From positions 568,823 through 632,822 of the forward strand of contig CAYOCJ010000001.1 in the NCBI GenBank assembly GCA_964402565.1: DNA of 64,000 bases, read 5' to 3'. The notes under the pieces were generated by a model. The model was given only the letters and a program-made list of their open reading frames with translations, searched no databases and had not been told where the DNA came from. The position numbers and the translations under genes are program-made. Below, piece after piece: positions 1 to 8,317 of this stretch. Source of the DNA: an uncultured Gammaproteobacteria bacterium (GTDB lineage: Bacteria > Patescibacteriota > Patescibacteriia > UBA1558 > 2-01-FULL-52-15). Within the stretch, counting starts at the first letter, position 1, and each line of letters begins with the position of its first letter.

Positions 1-538
1 CTTCGTCTTTTTGCATGCTTTCATTCAGCCACTGCCTGAAAAGGTCAGCCTTATCTTTCTTGATCTGCTTTGATTTCCAGATCAGATATCTATCCAGACG
101 GGGCGACAGACGCAATGTATATTTTATCGTGAACGACTCTTGACCGATATTTTCGTCGAGGTATTGCAAGAATGCCTTTACTTTTTTGGTCAGTGAATCT
201 GGCGAGTAAAAAACGATCTTAATGTACTTTTTTACGTCGGCATTATACGTCAACGCCTCTACAGACGCGTCGAGAATGCTGCCCTTCGCGAGCAGGTATA
301 GCACCTGCTTCTTATGTGCGAGTGCCAGTGCCAGCAAATAACCAGTGTCAGCTTCAAGCGCTGTGCCATCGATAACTAACGCATCAAGTTCATTAAAATG
401 CGTGCCGTCTAAATTACCTTTTTTAAGATCGATGTTCGTCCACACTGAAATACCGAGCCGCTTCAGTTCCTGCACGAGCTCCTGATGCAAGAGCAGCTCT
501 TTCGGTCCCGATATATTGAGAGAAATAAAAAGTTTCAT
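1..538 (-). CDS. Partial CDS (N-terminus in window, runs off the left edge). It is absent from the ORF track because no stop falls in the window. The N-terminal region looks Rossmann-like, faintly nucleoside 2-deoxyribosyltransferase-like; function unknown.
   Basis: Manual translation of the minus strand from ATG (revcomp of cat at 536-538) gives MKLFISLNISGPKELLLHQELVQELKRLGISVWTNIDLKKGNLDGTHFNELDALVIDGTALEADTGYLLALALAHKKQVLYLLAKGS... open to position 1. The ATG forms an ATGA overlap with the TGA stop of the upstream gene 535..1524. Confidence 0.35.
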   Translation of the reverse strand, partial: MKLFISLNISGPKELLLHQELVQELKRLGISVWTNIDLKKGNLDGTHFNELDALVIDGTALEADTGYLLALALAHKKQVLYLLAKGSILDASVEALTYNADVKKYIKIVFYSPDSLTKKVKAFLQYLDENIGQESFTIKYTLRLSPRLDRYLIWKSKQIKKDKADLFRQWLNESMQKDE

Positions 539-1524
539 ATGCCGTTGTTTGAGTGCTCATCTTGAATTAATGCACCGAATTCGGCGTCAGTTGCGGCCGC
601 AGCATCAGCCCACAACACTTTTGCAACTGCAGCTGCCCAGCTCATATGGACAACGCTATAGGTGTCATCATGCTGCAAAACATAATGCTGATTAAAAAGG
701 ACGATCCGTTTAAAATTTTTTCTTAAATTTTCAAGATCTTGCTGGGCAATTTTTTCGTTCGCCTGTATATGCAAAAGCAAGGTTGTATATTCCTTATTAT
801 TTTTATGTTGTAATGCACTATGCGTGATGCCAAGAGGACTCGGGCCAATGATACATACTTTTTCAGAAAGTCGTGGTGTGAACGTCGTTTCCTCTTCTGC
901 GTTTCCCACTTTGTTCAAGCTGATACCGAAATCAACCTTGCCTAAATATGTTTCATCAAAAGATCGAAACAGGTTCATTGATCTGAAATCAGATATAACT
1001 GCTTTTGCAGGGTCGATCAATTTATTGCCGAACATGATAGCAGCACTCTTGAAACTGGGATTGCTTGCAACTTGGATAGCGTTGATCAAATTTGAACGTA
1101 ATCCCAATCCGCCAGATTTGATAATTGATGAAAGATCCTGTTCAGCAAGTGCTTCAGGCGAATAACGCGAACCGGTGAATATTACAGGCTTATTGAATCC
1201 TTTCAGTGTGAATTTCGCCGCGGCTGCCGCGAGAACCATACTCTCAGCACGCACCAAAACAACGAAACCATCAAACTCCACTTTTTTGGCTGCAAGAATT
1301 CTAAGAATATTATTCAAACTTTGCAGAGAAAAAGCCTCCTTCTCTCCTTGAAGAAAAATAGGAGTAATGTCTGTCAAAAGGGCTACTTCAGGTAGCTCTG
1401 AGAACCATGTTGGAATATCAGACTCTTGATCAACGAAAAAAATGCTCTTGTTTGCTTTGATACTCACAAGAGAACCCGAAGAAAACAGCAATGCTATTTT
1501 ATATTTTTTATCAATTTTACTCAT
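535..1524 (-). CDS. L-asparaginase family protein (type I asparaginase / GatD-like amidohydrolase)
   Basis: 329 aa. Motif layout GFVVLVRAESMVLAAAAAKF...KPVIFTGSRYSP parallels the asparaginase GVVITHGTDT...PVVLTGAMRP pattern. Assignment by family-level motif recall only. Confidence 0.55.
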   Translation of the reverse strand: MSKIDKKYKIALLFSSGSLVSIKANKSIFFVDQESDIPTWFSELPEVALLTDITPIFLQGEKEAFSLQSLNNILRILAAKKVEFDGFVVLVRAESMVLAAAAAKFTLKGFNKPVIFTGSRYSPEALAEQDLSSIIKSGGLGLRSNLINAIQVASNPSFKSAAIMFGNKLIDPAKAVISDFRSMNLFRSFDETYLGKVDFGISLNKVGNAEEETTFTPRLSEKVCIIGPSPLGITHSALQHKNNKEYTTLLLHIQANEKIAQQDLENLRKNFKRIVLFNQHYVLQHDDTYSVVHMSWAAAVAKVLWADAAAATDAEFGALIQDEHSNNGI

Positions 1525-1530
1525 GTGAGT

Positions 1531-2208
1531 TTAGTTCGAACCTACAAACAAGTATTTTATTATTATAAAAACCATCGCTAGCGTAAATAATGGGCCTAGC
1601 CAAATATAATCATAAGTAAATAAAGGTAGAATAAGATTGCAAATTGATCCAAAAAAAGCTGAAATCAAAGTAGAAAATATCACAACCTTTAGTAAATTTC
1701 GGTGTGAAGATGTAGAAACTTTATATTTTTGCCATAAAGTCAGAAATCCTTTAGCAATGTAACCTAAAAAACATAAAGAAAAGGCCGCATACGGCAAAAA
1801 ATTAATTTTTGTTTGATACGAAAAATTATCAAAATTTGAATAAATGTGTTCAACCTTAAAATAAAATATTAATACCGACACAAAGAATAATCCGAGAACG
1901 TATCTAACTTTTTCGCCAAAACTTATTGGTTTAACGCTATAAGGAAAGTAATGAGAAAATATGGAAAAAGAAACAGCTATCGAGGCTGCGGAAAAATAAA
2001 TAATGGAGCTAATTGCAATTGCACTCTCAAGGCTTGATGCAGTAAAAAAAATTCCCGTTGCTAAGCTCCAAACAGCGATAAAAAAAAGCATAACTGAAAA
2101 CGATCGATTTAGGCTACTCTTAGTGTTTTTAAGAAAAATAAATATCGATAGAGCTATATTCGCTCCTGCAGTTAAAAAGAGCAGAATTAATTTGTAATCT
2201 ATAATCAT
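1531..2208 (-). CDS. Polytopic membrane protein resembling the N-terminal 7TM sensor module (HisKA_7TM-like) of the adjacent histidine kinase; a standalone paralog or fragment
   Basis: 225 aa, about 7 hydrophobic segments. N-terminus LKNTKSSLNRSFSVMLFFIAVWSL matches LFQNTKSTINRYFAVMALCNSLWSF of ORF 2324..4525. Confidence 0.5.
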   Translation of the reverse strand: MIIDYKLILLFLTAGANIALSIFIFLKNTKSSLNRSFSVMLFFIAVWSLATGIFFTASSLESAIAISSIIYFSAASIAVSFSIFSHYFPYSVKPISFGEKVRYVLGLFFVSVLIFYFKVEHIYSNFDNFSYQTKINFLPYAAFSLCFLGYIAKGFLTLWQKYKVSTSSHRNLLKVVIFSTLISAFFGSICNLILPLFTYDYIWLGPLFTLAMVFIIIKYLFVGSN

Positions 2209-2323
2209 ATAAGCCGTCTTAATATTAATAGCCGTCCATTAAAGATTAGCACTTTCAGGATTTTAGTCAAGTGCCAAGGAATATTAAAATAATTGCTAAT
2301 ATTAGCAAAAATTTTTTTAATTT

Positions 2324-4525
2324 CTATTTTGTCGACAAAACAGGATCAGGCGTAATAATTGGTATTACAAATTGAAATGAGCTTCCTTTTTCAAGCCCAT
2401 CACTCTCAACCCAAATACGACCTCCGTGCTCAGTGACCACTCTCTGCGCAATATAGAGCCCAAGACCCGATCCTTGAGTATTAACTTGTGCAATGCCTGT
2501 GCCTCTAACAAATTTTCTAAACAACGATTTTGCATCATTAGGTCTTATACCAATGCCGGTGTCTTTGCAAATAAAATGTAATTCATTCTTTTCCTCTAAA
2601 GTCACAATTTCTATGCGTCCCTTTGGGGTATACTTTATTGCATTATCTATGAGATTTAAAATTACTTCACGAACTTTATCACTATCAACAAAAAGCTTGC
2701 GCATGTTTTTTGCAGGTGAAAAACTAACTTTAAGACCTTTCGAAATAAATTGACCTTGCAACTCCTTCAAAACACTTTCAACTAATAAATTAACATCAAC
2801 GGTTGTCTTATCGAGCTTAAATCTTCCTGATTCAATTCTTGAAACGTTAAGAAAAACATTTATAAGTCGAGCCAGGCGGGACGCGCTCTCAAAAAGATCT
2901 GAAATAATTTTTCTTTGCTTCTCTGGCACAGAGCCAAAATCGCCTTCAAGCAACATTGATAAATAACCCTTAAGAGCAGATATTGGGGTTCTAAGCTGAT
3001 GTGACGCAATTGATAAAAATTCAGACTTGGCCGTATCAAGTTGTTTTAAGTGCGCATTCGCGTCTTGTAATTGTAAATTTGTTTCCTTGAGTTTTTTAGT
3101 TGCAACATTAATTTTGTCTTGCAGTTTTAAATTAAATTCGCCAATCGATTCATAAAGCTGTGACTTTTCTATCGCAACAGCTACTTGGGGAGTCAAACTG
3201 CTGAAAAAACGAACCTCATCATCTCCATAAATATCGCCCGATTGCTTTTGACCTAGAATTATTACTGCCTTTAATTGTCCTTCGAGATAAACCGGCGCAC
3301 AAAACTCTATACCCTGTCTTTCAAGCTCATCAAGAACCTGTTTTGAACGCGTTAGTTCATCGGGATCCTCCATGTCAGCAACTCTCCTATACATTTCATC
3401 TGTAATAATAACGTCTTGTTTTTCTTTCAAAAACTCGATTAAATCACTTTTTGGATTAAATTCTTTACCTCCTAACCCACTCGTCAATGATAAAAATTTT
3501 GCGTTTTTCTGAACTAAAATATCAACGGTTTTTATTTTGAGATCATATGCCAAAGCAGAACGCAGGCTCGTTAATAAAACATCTAAATCAATTTCCTTCG
3601 CGATAATTATGCTAATTTCACGTAAAACCCCTTGATAGTCGATTTTTTCTTTGAAAAAAATATCATCAGTTAATTTTGCGAGAAAACGCTTAAGCGGGTC
3701 TAGCGCAATTACTACCGCAAATGATACGACCATAAATATCAACAACTTACCATACCGTCCTGTTTGTTCTTGAAGTGTTTCCGCAATGAAAAATGATGTG
3801 AAGGCAAAAATACTTGTGACAAAAGCCACAATGAGAAAATATAAAAAACTTTTTGCTAAAAGCGTTCTTATATTCATCAGCCTGTGACGAACTATGGAGT
3901 AGGTTATGAGAGAGAGATAAATAAACGAACCGACGACATCAAACTGACTAAAATTATCAATTCCAAGTAGCGGTAAAATAAAACTTGGGATTGTAGCCAT
4001 AAAAGTAAAAATTAAAGCGCCAAAAGCTACGTAAACAATTTGCTGCCGCCTTAGTCCTTCTGCTTTAAAGCTTTCTGTAAAAAGTTTAAAGTCTACAAAT
4101 AATAATGAAAAAACAATAAATGCTGTGTAGACATAAAATAAAGGTCCAAATTGGCCTTCAAAACTTCCAAAATTAACAGTATCAACCCTTTGTATAATTA
4201 ACTTTCCATACAAACTAGTAAAAAATAGCAGAGCCGTAAAAAAAACAATTGTGCTAGTTCTAATGAAATTTTTTTCTTTTCCGATCAGATGAAATAGCCA
4301 CTCTAACCCACTACCTAATATCAGAGCTCCAAAAGCATATTGAGCGTGTACCCAGATTGGATTATGACTATAGACAGTAATAAAATTACTAAAAGACCAT
4401 AGTGAATTACACAAAGCCATCACAGCAAAATATCTGTTAATGGTGCTTTTTGTGTTTTGAAACAATACGATCCCTCCTAAGCCCAAGCTTAGGAGTGAAA
4501 TAATTGCGACAAGTGTACTTAACAT
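2324..4525 (-). CDS. Sensor histidine kinase (7TM sensor region, GAF-like region, coiled coil, HisKA, HATPase_c)
   Basis: 733 aa. H-box ASHQLRTPISALKGYLSML; N/G boxes IDNAIKYTPKGRIEI, KDTGIGI, GSGLGLYIAQRVVTEHGGRIWVES; multi-TM N-terminus. Confidence 0.85.
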   Translation of the reverse strand: MLSTLVAIISLLSLGLGGIVLFQNTKSTINRYFAVMALCNSLWSFSNFITVYSHNPIWVHAQYAFGALILGSGLEWLFHLIGKEKNFIRTSTIVFFTALLFFTSLYGKLIIQRVDTVNFGSFEGQFGPLFYVYTAFIVFSLLFVDFKLFTESFKAEGLRRQQIVYVAFGALIFTFMATIPSFILPLLGIDNFSQFDVVGSFIYLSLITYSIVRHRLMNIRTLLAKSFLYFLIVAFVTSIFAFTSFFIAETLQEQTGRYGKLLIFMVVSFAVVIALDPLKRFLAKLTDDIFFKEKIDYQGVLREISIIIAKEIDLDVLLTSLRSALAYDLKIKTVDILVQKNAKFLSLTSGLGGKEFNPKSDLIEFLKEKQDVIITDEMYRRVADMEDPDELTRSKQVLDELERQGIEFCAPVYLEGQLKAVIILGQKQSGDIYGDDEVRFFSSLTPQVAVAIEKSQLYESIGEFNLKLQDKINVATKKLKETNLQLQDANAHLKQLDTAKSEFLSIASHQLRTPISALKGYLSMLLEGDFGSVPEKQRKIISDLFESASRLARLINVFLNVSRIESGRFKLDKTTVDVNLLVESVLKELQGQFISKGLKVSFSPAKNMRKLFVDSDKVREVILNLIDNAIKYTPKGRIEIVTLEEKNELHFICKDTGIGIRPNDAKSLFRKFVRGTGIAQVNTQGSGLGLYIAQRVVTEHGGRIWVESDGLEKGSSFQFVIPIITPDPVLSTK

Positions 4526-4529
4526 CGGG

Positions 4530-5723
4530 CTAAATGACCTTTAATTTTTTCCCCACATTGAAAATTTTTTCAAAAGCTTCATCAATTTGTTCGTATGAAT
4601 GCAAAGCACTCAGCGCAAATCGAATACGTGCCATTCCTTTAGGTACAGCTGGCCATCTTACTGTGGGAGCAAAAACACCTGTTAAATAGAGTTCCTCCGC
4701 AAACTTCATCGCCAAATTTTCATCACCGATGTGAACCGGCACAATTTGAGTCACGCTCGAATAGGTGTTGAAACCGACTTCGTTTAGTTTCATCCTAAAA
4801 TACTGTGCTTTTTTCATCAAATCTTTGATCACACTATTATTGGATTGAACAAATTGAATTGCTGCTCGCACAGCTCCTACAACACCTGGGGAAAGCGAGT
4901 CCGAAAACATATAGGATCTGCAAGCCACTCTCATATAATCAATTAATGCTTTATCTCCACTTAAAAAACCCCCTGAGACCCCAAGCCCTTTACTGAAAGT
5001 GGCCATATTAAGATGAACCTTGCCTTTGCGTCCAAAGTGCTCAGCCGTTCCCGCGCCAGTATCGCCCAATACACCAATCGCATGAGCGTCATCGACCATA
5101 ACAGCGGCATCGAATGCGTCCGCTAAATCTAATATTTTATCCAAATGAGCAATATCTCCATCCATTGAAAAAACTCCATCTGTCACAATGAGTTTTCTGA
5201 AACGCTTATACCGAGAAATCTTTCTTTCTAAATCGTCAATGTTATTATGAGAATAAATCACAATTTCTGCATTACTTAGTTTACATCCGTCAACAATGCT
5301 CGCATGGTTATATTCATCACTAAAAATGACAGCTTTTTTTGCAAGAAAAGACTTTCCAAACCCAAGCAAGTTGATGTAGCCTGGTATTATGCCAGCATTT
5401 GCTCCATAGCCAGATGCAATTGTTAATGAATCTTCTGAGCCAACAAATTTTGACAGTTCCTTTTCTAATTCATTATGTATCAACATGGTTCCTGTTAGAA
5501 GACGCACGCCGCCTGTTCCTGCGCCAAACTCACGAATTGATTCTATGGCTGCTTTTTTTACTTGTTCATTATTTGCTAGACCAAGATAATTATATGAGCC
5601 CATCATTAGTATTCTTTTTTTATCTACGCTAACATATGGGCCAGTGGCTGTTTCCAAAACAATACCTTGTGGCAAACCTAATTTATTTTTTATGTAGTCG
5701 AACACTTTTTGAATTTCGTCCAT
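4530..5723 (-). CDS. PLP-dependent alpha-oxoamine synthase family enzyme (serine palmitoyltransferase / Kbl / BioF-like)
   Basis: 397 aa. Glycine-rich PLP region SGYGANAGIIP, DDAHAIGVLGDTG, and a lysine motif ATFSKGLGVSGGF that is closer to the SPT-type TFSKS than the Kbl-type TLGKA. Confidence 0.8.
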   Translation of the reverse strand: MDEIQKVFDYIKNKLGLPQGIVLETATGPYVSVDKKRILMMGSYNYLGLANNEQVKKAAIESIREFGAGTGGVRLLTGTMLIHNELEKELSKFVGSEDSLTIASGYGANAGIIPGYINLLGFGKSFLAKKAVIFSDEYNHASIVDGCKLSNAEIVIYSHNNIDDLERKISRYKRFRKLIVTDGVFSMDGDIAHLDKILDLADAFDAAVMVDDAHAIGVLGDTGAGTAEHFGRKGKVHLNMATFSKGLGVSGGFLSGDKALIDYMRVACRSYMFSDSLSPGVVGAVRAAIQFVQSNNSVIKDLMKKAQYFRMKLNEVGFNTYSSVTQIVPVHIGDENLAMKFAEELYLTGVFAPTVRWPAVPKGMARIRFALSALHSYEQIDEAFEKIFNVGKKLKVI

Positions 5724-5729
5724 ACTCGT

Positions 5730-7421
5730 CTATTGACTTTTTTCAATTATATTCCTCCTCTTCAACTTCTGACTCAACGTCAGCATATCATTTTCCATAG
5801 TCCACTTCTCTGCTACCAGCTTAAATTCTCGTACTTGCTCAAATGATTGAAAATGCTCCAACATTTTTTTTATCTCTTCCGCATACACTACGTGCACGCG
5901 CTGGTTCGACAAGACCTGCGGCATCTCGTACGTAATCTGCTCCTTCTCGCACAGCATGCGTAAATTATCTAACTCAGGAACGATCAGCGCCGCTATTGCC
6001 CGCTCCGTATCTCCGTAGACCATGGCCTGAAGGATCAAAGGGCTCTCTTCTAACGCTTGCTCAATGGGCACCGGAAAAACATTACGGCCTGTCGACAATA
6101 CGATCATTTCTTTAATACGGCCGATGATTAAAAGAAAGCCATCAGCATCTATCGAACCGAGATCGCCAGTATGAAACCACCCGTCACTATCGATCACCTC
6201 TGCAGTTAACTCAGGTGCATCATGGTAGCCTTTCATGACCGAATCTCCTTTGGCTAGTATCTCTCCGTTCGGCGCTATCCGTATTTCTGCAGATGCGAGC
6301 GGCAGCCCAACGGTACCGAACTTATGCATTTCGATCTGATTTGCGGCAAGAACAGGCGATGTTTCCGTTAAACCATAGCCTTCAAGTATGAGCACCCCAA
6401 GCGATTCAAAAAATTCCGCAATGTGTTTTGGCAGCGCTCCTCCGCCTGAAACAGCGAAACGAAGCATGCCGCCGAATGCCCCGCGCACGTTGTGAAAGAT
6501 CAGCTTCTCACCTATATAATACATCAGTGCATCGACAAACGAAAGGCGTCCCTCAAGCCTCCGTACTGCCGCGCGATGTGCCCTGATGAATAGCAGGTGT
6601 ACTATGGCGTTCGACGACAATTTTTTTATTATTTTTTCATGAACTCGTTCAAAAATTCGTGGTACGCTTACCACAATGGTCGGCTTTGCAAACTGCATGT
6701 CCTCAGCAAGCGTTTCGATGCTTCGAGCATAGGTGATCTGAGCACCCGAAAGCAGCGGTACATAATACCCTGCGGTTCGTTCGAGAATGTGTGATAACGG
6801 TAAGAACGAAAAAAAAGTATCGGACGGGAAAACAGCAATATGCTGGACTAAGGCTCGTACATTGCTCAAAATATTTACGTGCGTCAGTTCAACTCCTTTC
6901 GGCTTTCCCGTTGTGCCTGAAGTGTACACTATGGTATGTACATCGTTTGATTGCGGCTCGTAAGCTACGCTGCTGTCCGGATGTGCTGCGGTCGCATCCT
7001 GAACGATTGACTCCGATTCATATATTTTTAATGTTTTGTATGTGTTCAGCTGGCTTTGCATTGATTTTTTTAAGGCCGCATCGACGCACAAAAAAGAGCT
7101 GCCGGAGTGCTGCAAAATATGCTCTACATAATCATAGGTATATGTTGAATGGATCGGAACAGAGATGCCGCCGCATCGCGCTATGGCGAGATCTGCAATG
7201 ACCCATGCGGGGCTATTCTTCATAAACAATGCCACGCGGTCGCCAGGATGAAGACCATCCTGCAACAATCGATGTGCAAATGCGTCCACCTGCTGCAGCA
7301 AGCGTCTGTATGATATGCCGTTTTTTTCTGAATCCCCGATCGTGCTCACGGCAATACGATCACTGTGCTGTTCAGCTGATTCTCGAAAGGAGTGATACAC
7401 GGAATAACGGCCAGTAGGCAT
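5730..7421 (-). CDS. AMP-dependent acyl-CoA (or acyl-ACP) synthetase/ligase, long-chain fatty-acid type
   Basis: 563 aa. AMP-binding motif YTSGTTGKPKGVELTH, GYGLTETS, WFHTGDLG, and a C-terminal lysine region. Confidence 0.85.
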   Translation of the reverse strand: MPTGRYSVYHSFRESAEQHSDRIAVSTIGDSEKNGISYRRLLQQVDAFAHRLLQDGLHPGDRVALFMKNSPAWVIADLAIARCGGISVPIHSTYTYDYVEHILQHSGSSFLCVDAALKKSMQSQLNTYKTLKIYESESIVQDATAAHPDSSVAYEPQSNDVHTIVYTSGTTGKPKGVELTHVNILSNVRALVQHIAVFPSDTFFSFLPLSHILERTAGYYVPLLSGAQITYARSIETLAEDMQFAKPTIVVSVPRIFERVHEKIIKKLSSNAIVHLLFIRAHRAAVRRLEGRLSFVDALMYYIGEKLIFHNVRGAFGGMLRFAVSGGGALPKHIAEFFESLGVLILEGYGLTETSPVLAANQIEMHKFGTVGLPLASAEIRIAPNGEILAKGDSVMKGYHDAPELTAEVIDSDGWFHTGDLGSIDADGFLLIIGRIKEMIVLSTGRNVFPVPIEQALEESPLILQAMVYGDTERAIAALIVPELDNLRMLCEKEQITYEMPQVLSNQRVHVVYAEEIKKMLEHFQSFEQVREFKLVAEKWTMENDMLTLSQKLKRRNIIEKSQ

Positions 7422-7423
7422 AT

Positions 7424-8266
7424 TTACATTTCAATAAAGTGAGTAACCTTCTGAAAAATCTTATTCTTATTCTCCGAGCGCAGCGGATTATGGTTCAATT
7501 CCTTTAAAATGAACATTTCCTTGTATACGCTGCCAACATTATCAAAAATATACTCCGCGCTCCTCGGATGAGATATCCGGTCATCGCGCGAGTGAATGAT
7601 AAGTATCGGAACAGTCACCTCGCGCAGGTGTTTTCTCGTGACCTGTTTGACTGAATCGCGGAAGTGCCCCAAACCATTCGTAGGAAACGAAGCATAATTG
7701 CCCGTTGATTCATATGCTTCGACGCGGTATTTCGATACATAAGGCTTCCGCACCTTTGAAATGCCGAAAAGCCTGAAGACATGGTATAGAATAAAATAGT
7801 AGGTCCGCCATTTCCAAAAAATCGACGGTCCGAGGCACACAATGCCTTTGAATCGATCCGGATACCGGCGTGCCAGATCAAGTGCTATATTTGCTCCGAA
7901 CGAGTAGCCGATCAAAACTATCCTCTTTCCGGAAGCTGCTGCCTCATTCGCTACAGCCTCGACGCTTTCCATCCAGTCCTGATAATTGCTTTGGATCAGG
8001 TCGTCAATATCAGTGCCATGTCCGGCAAGGCGGGCCACCATCACATCAATACCCTGTGAATACAAAAAATCGGCAAGCTCCTTCATATCATACGGGCTGC
8101 CGGTAAACCCATGGATCAAGATTGCTACCGTATCATTGTCGCGATGCAGGTAATTATACGGCTTGGCCTTGTCTTTGACGGGATGCGCATCAGCATTGCT
8201 TCGAGACCTGAGGTTAGCCTTTTTTTGACCAAATAGCATGGCTCTAGTATACCAAGATTCGCCCAA
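7424..8266 (-). CDS. Alpha/beta-fold hydrolase (carboxylesterase / lipase-like)
   Basis: 280 aa. ILIHGFTGSP oxyanion region, nucleophile elbow GYSFG (GXSXG), and a C-terminal His region IIHSRDDRISHP. Confidence 0.7.
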   Translation of the reverse strand: MGESWYTRAMLFGQKKANLRSRSNADAHPVKDKAKPYNYLHRDNDTVAILIHGFTGSPYDMKELADFLYSQGIDVMVARLAGHGTDIDDLIQSNYQDWMESVEAVANEAAASGKRIVLIGYSFGANIALDLARRYPDRFKGIVCLGPSIFWKWRTYYFILYHVFRLFGISKVRKPYVSKYRVEAYESTGNYASFPTNGLGHFRDSVKQVTRKHLREVTVPILIIHSRDDRISHPRSAEYIFDNVGSVYKEMFILKELNHNPLRSENKNKIFQKVTHFIEM

Positions 8267-8317
8267 AATGAAAAATATGCGATCCGAGCTTCATACGAAC
8301 TATGGACGAATGTCGAC

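Noticed and set aside
824-1165. 113-aa plus-strand ORF inside the asparaginase-like gene
   Set aside because: Entirely antisense to a longer, motif-bearing CDS; no features of its own.
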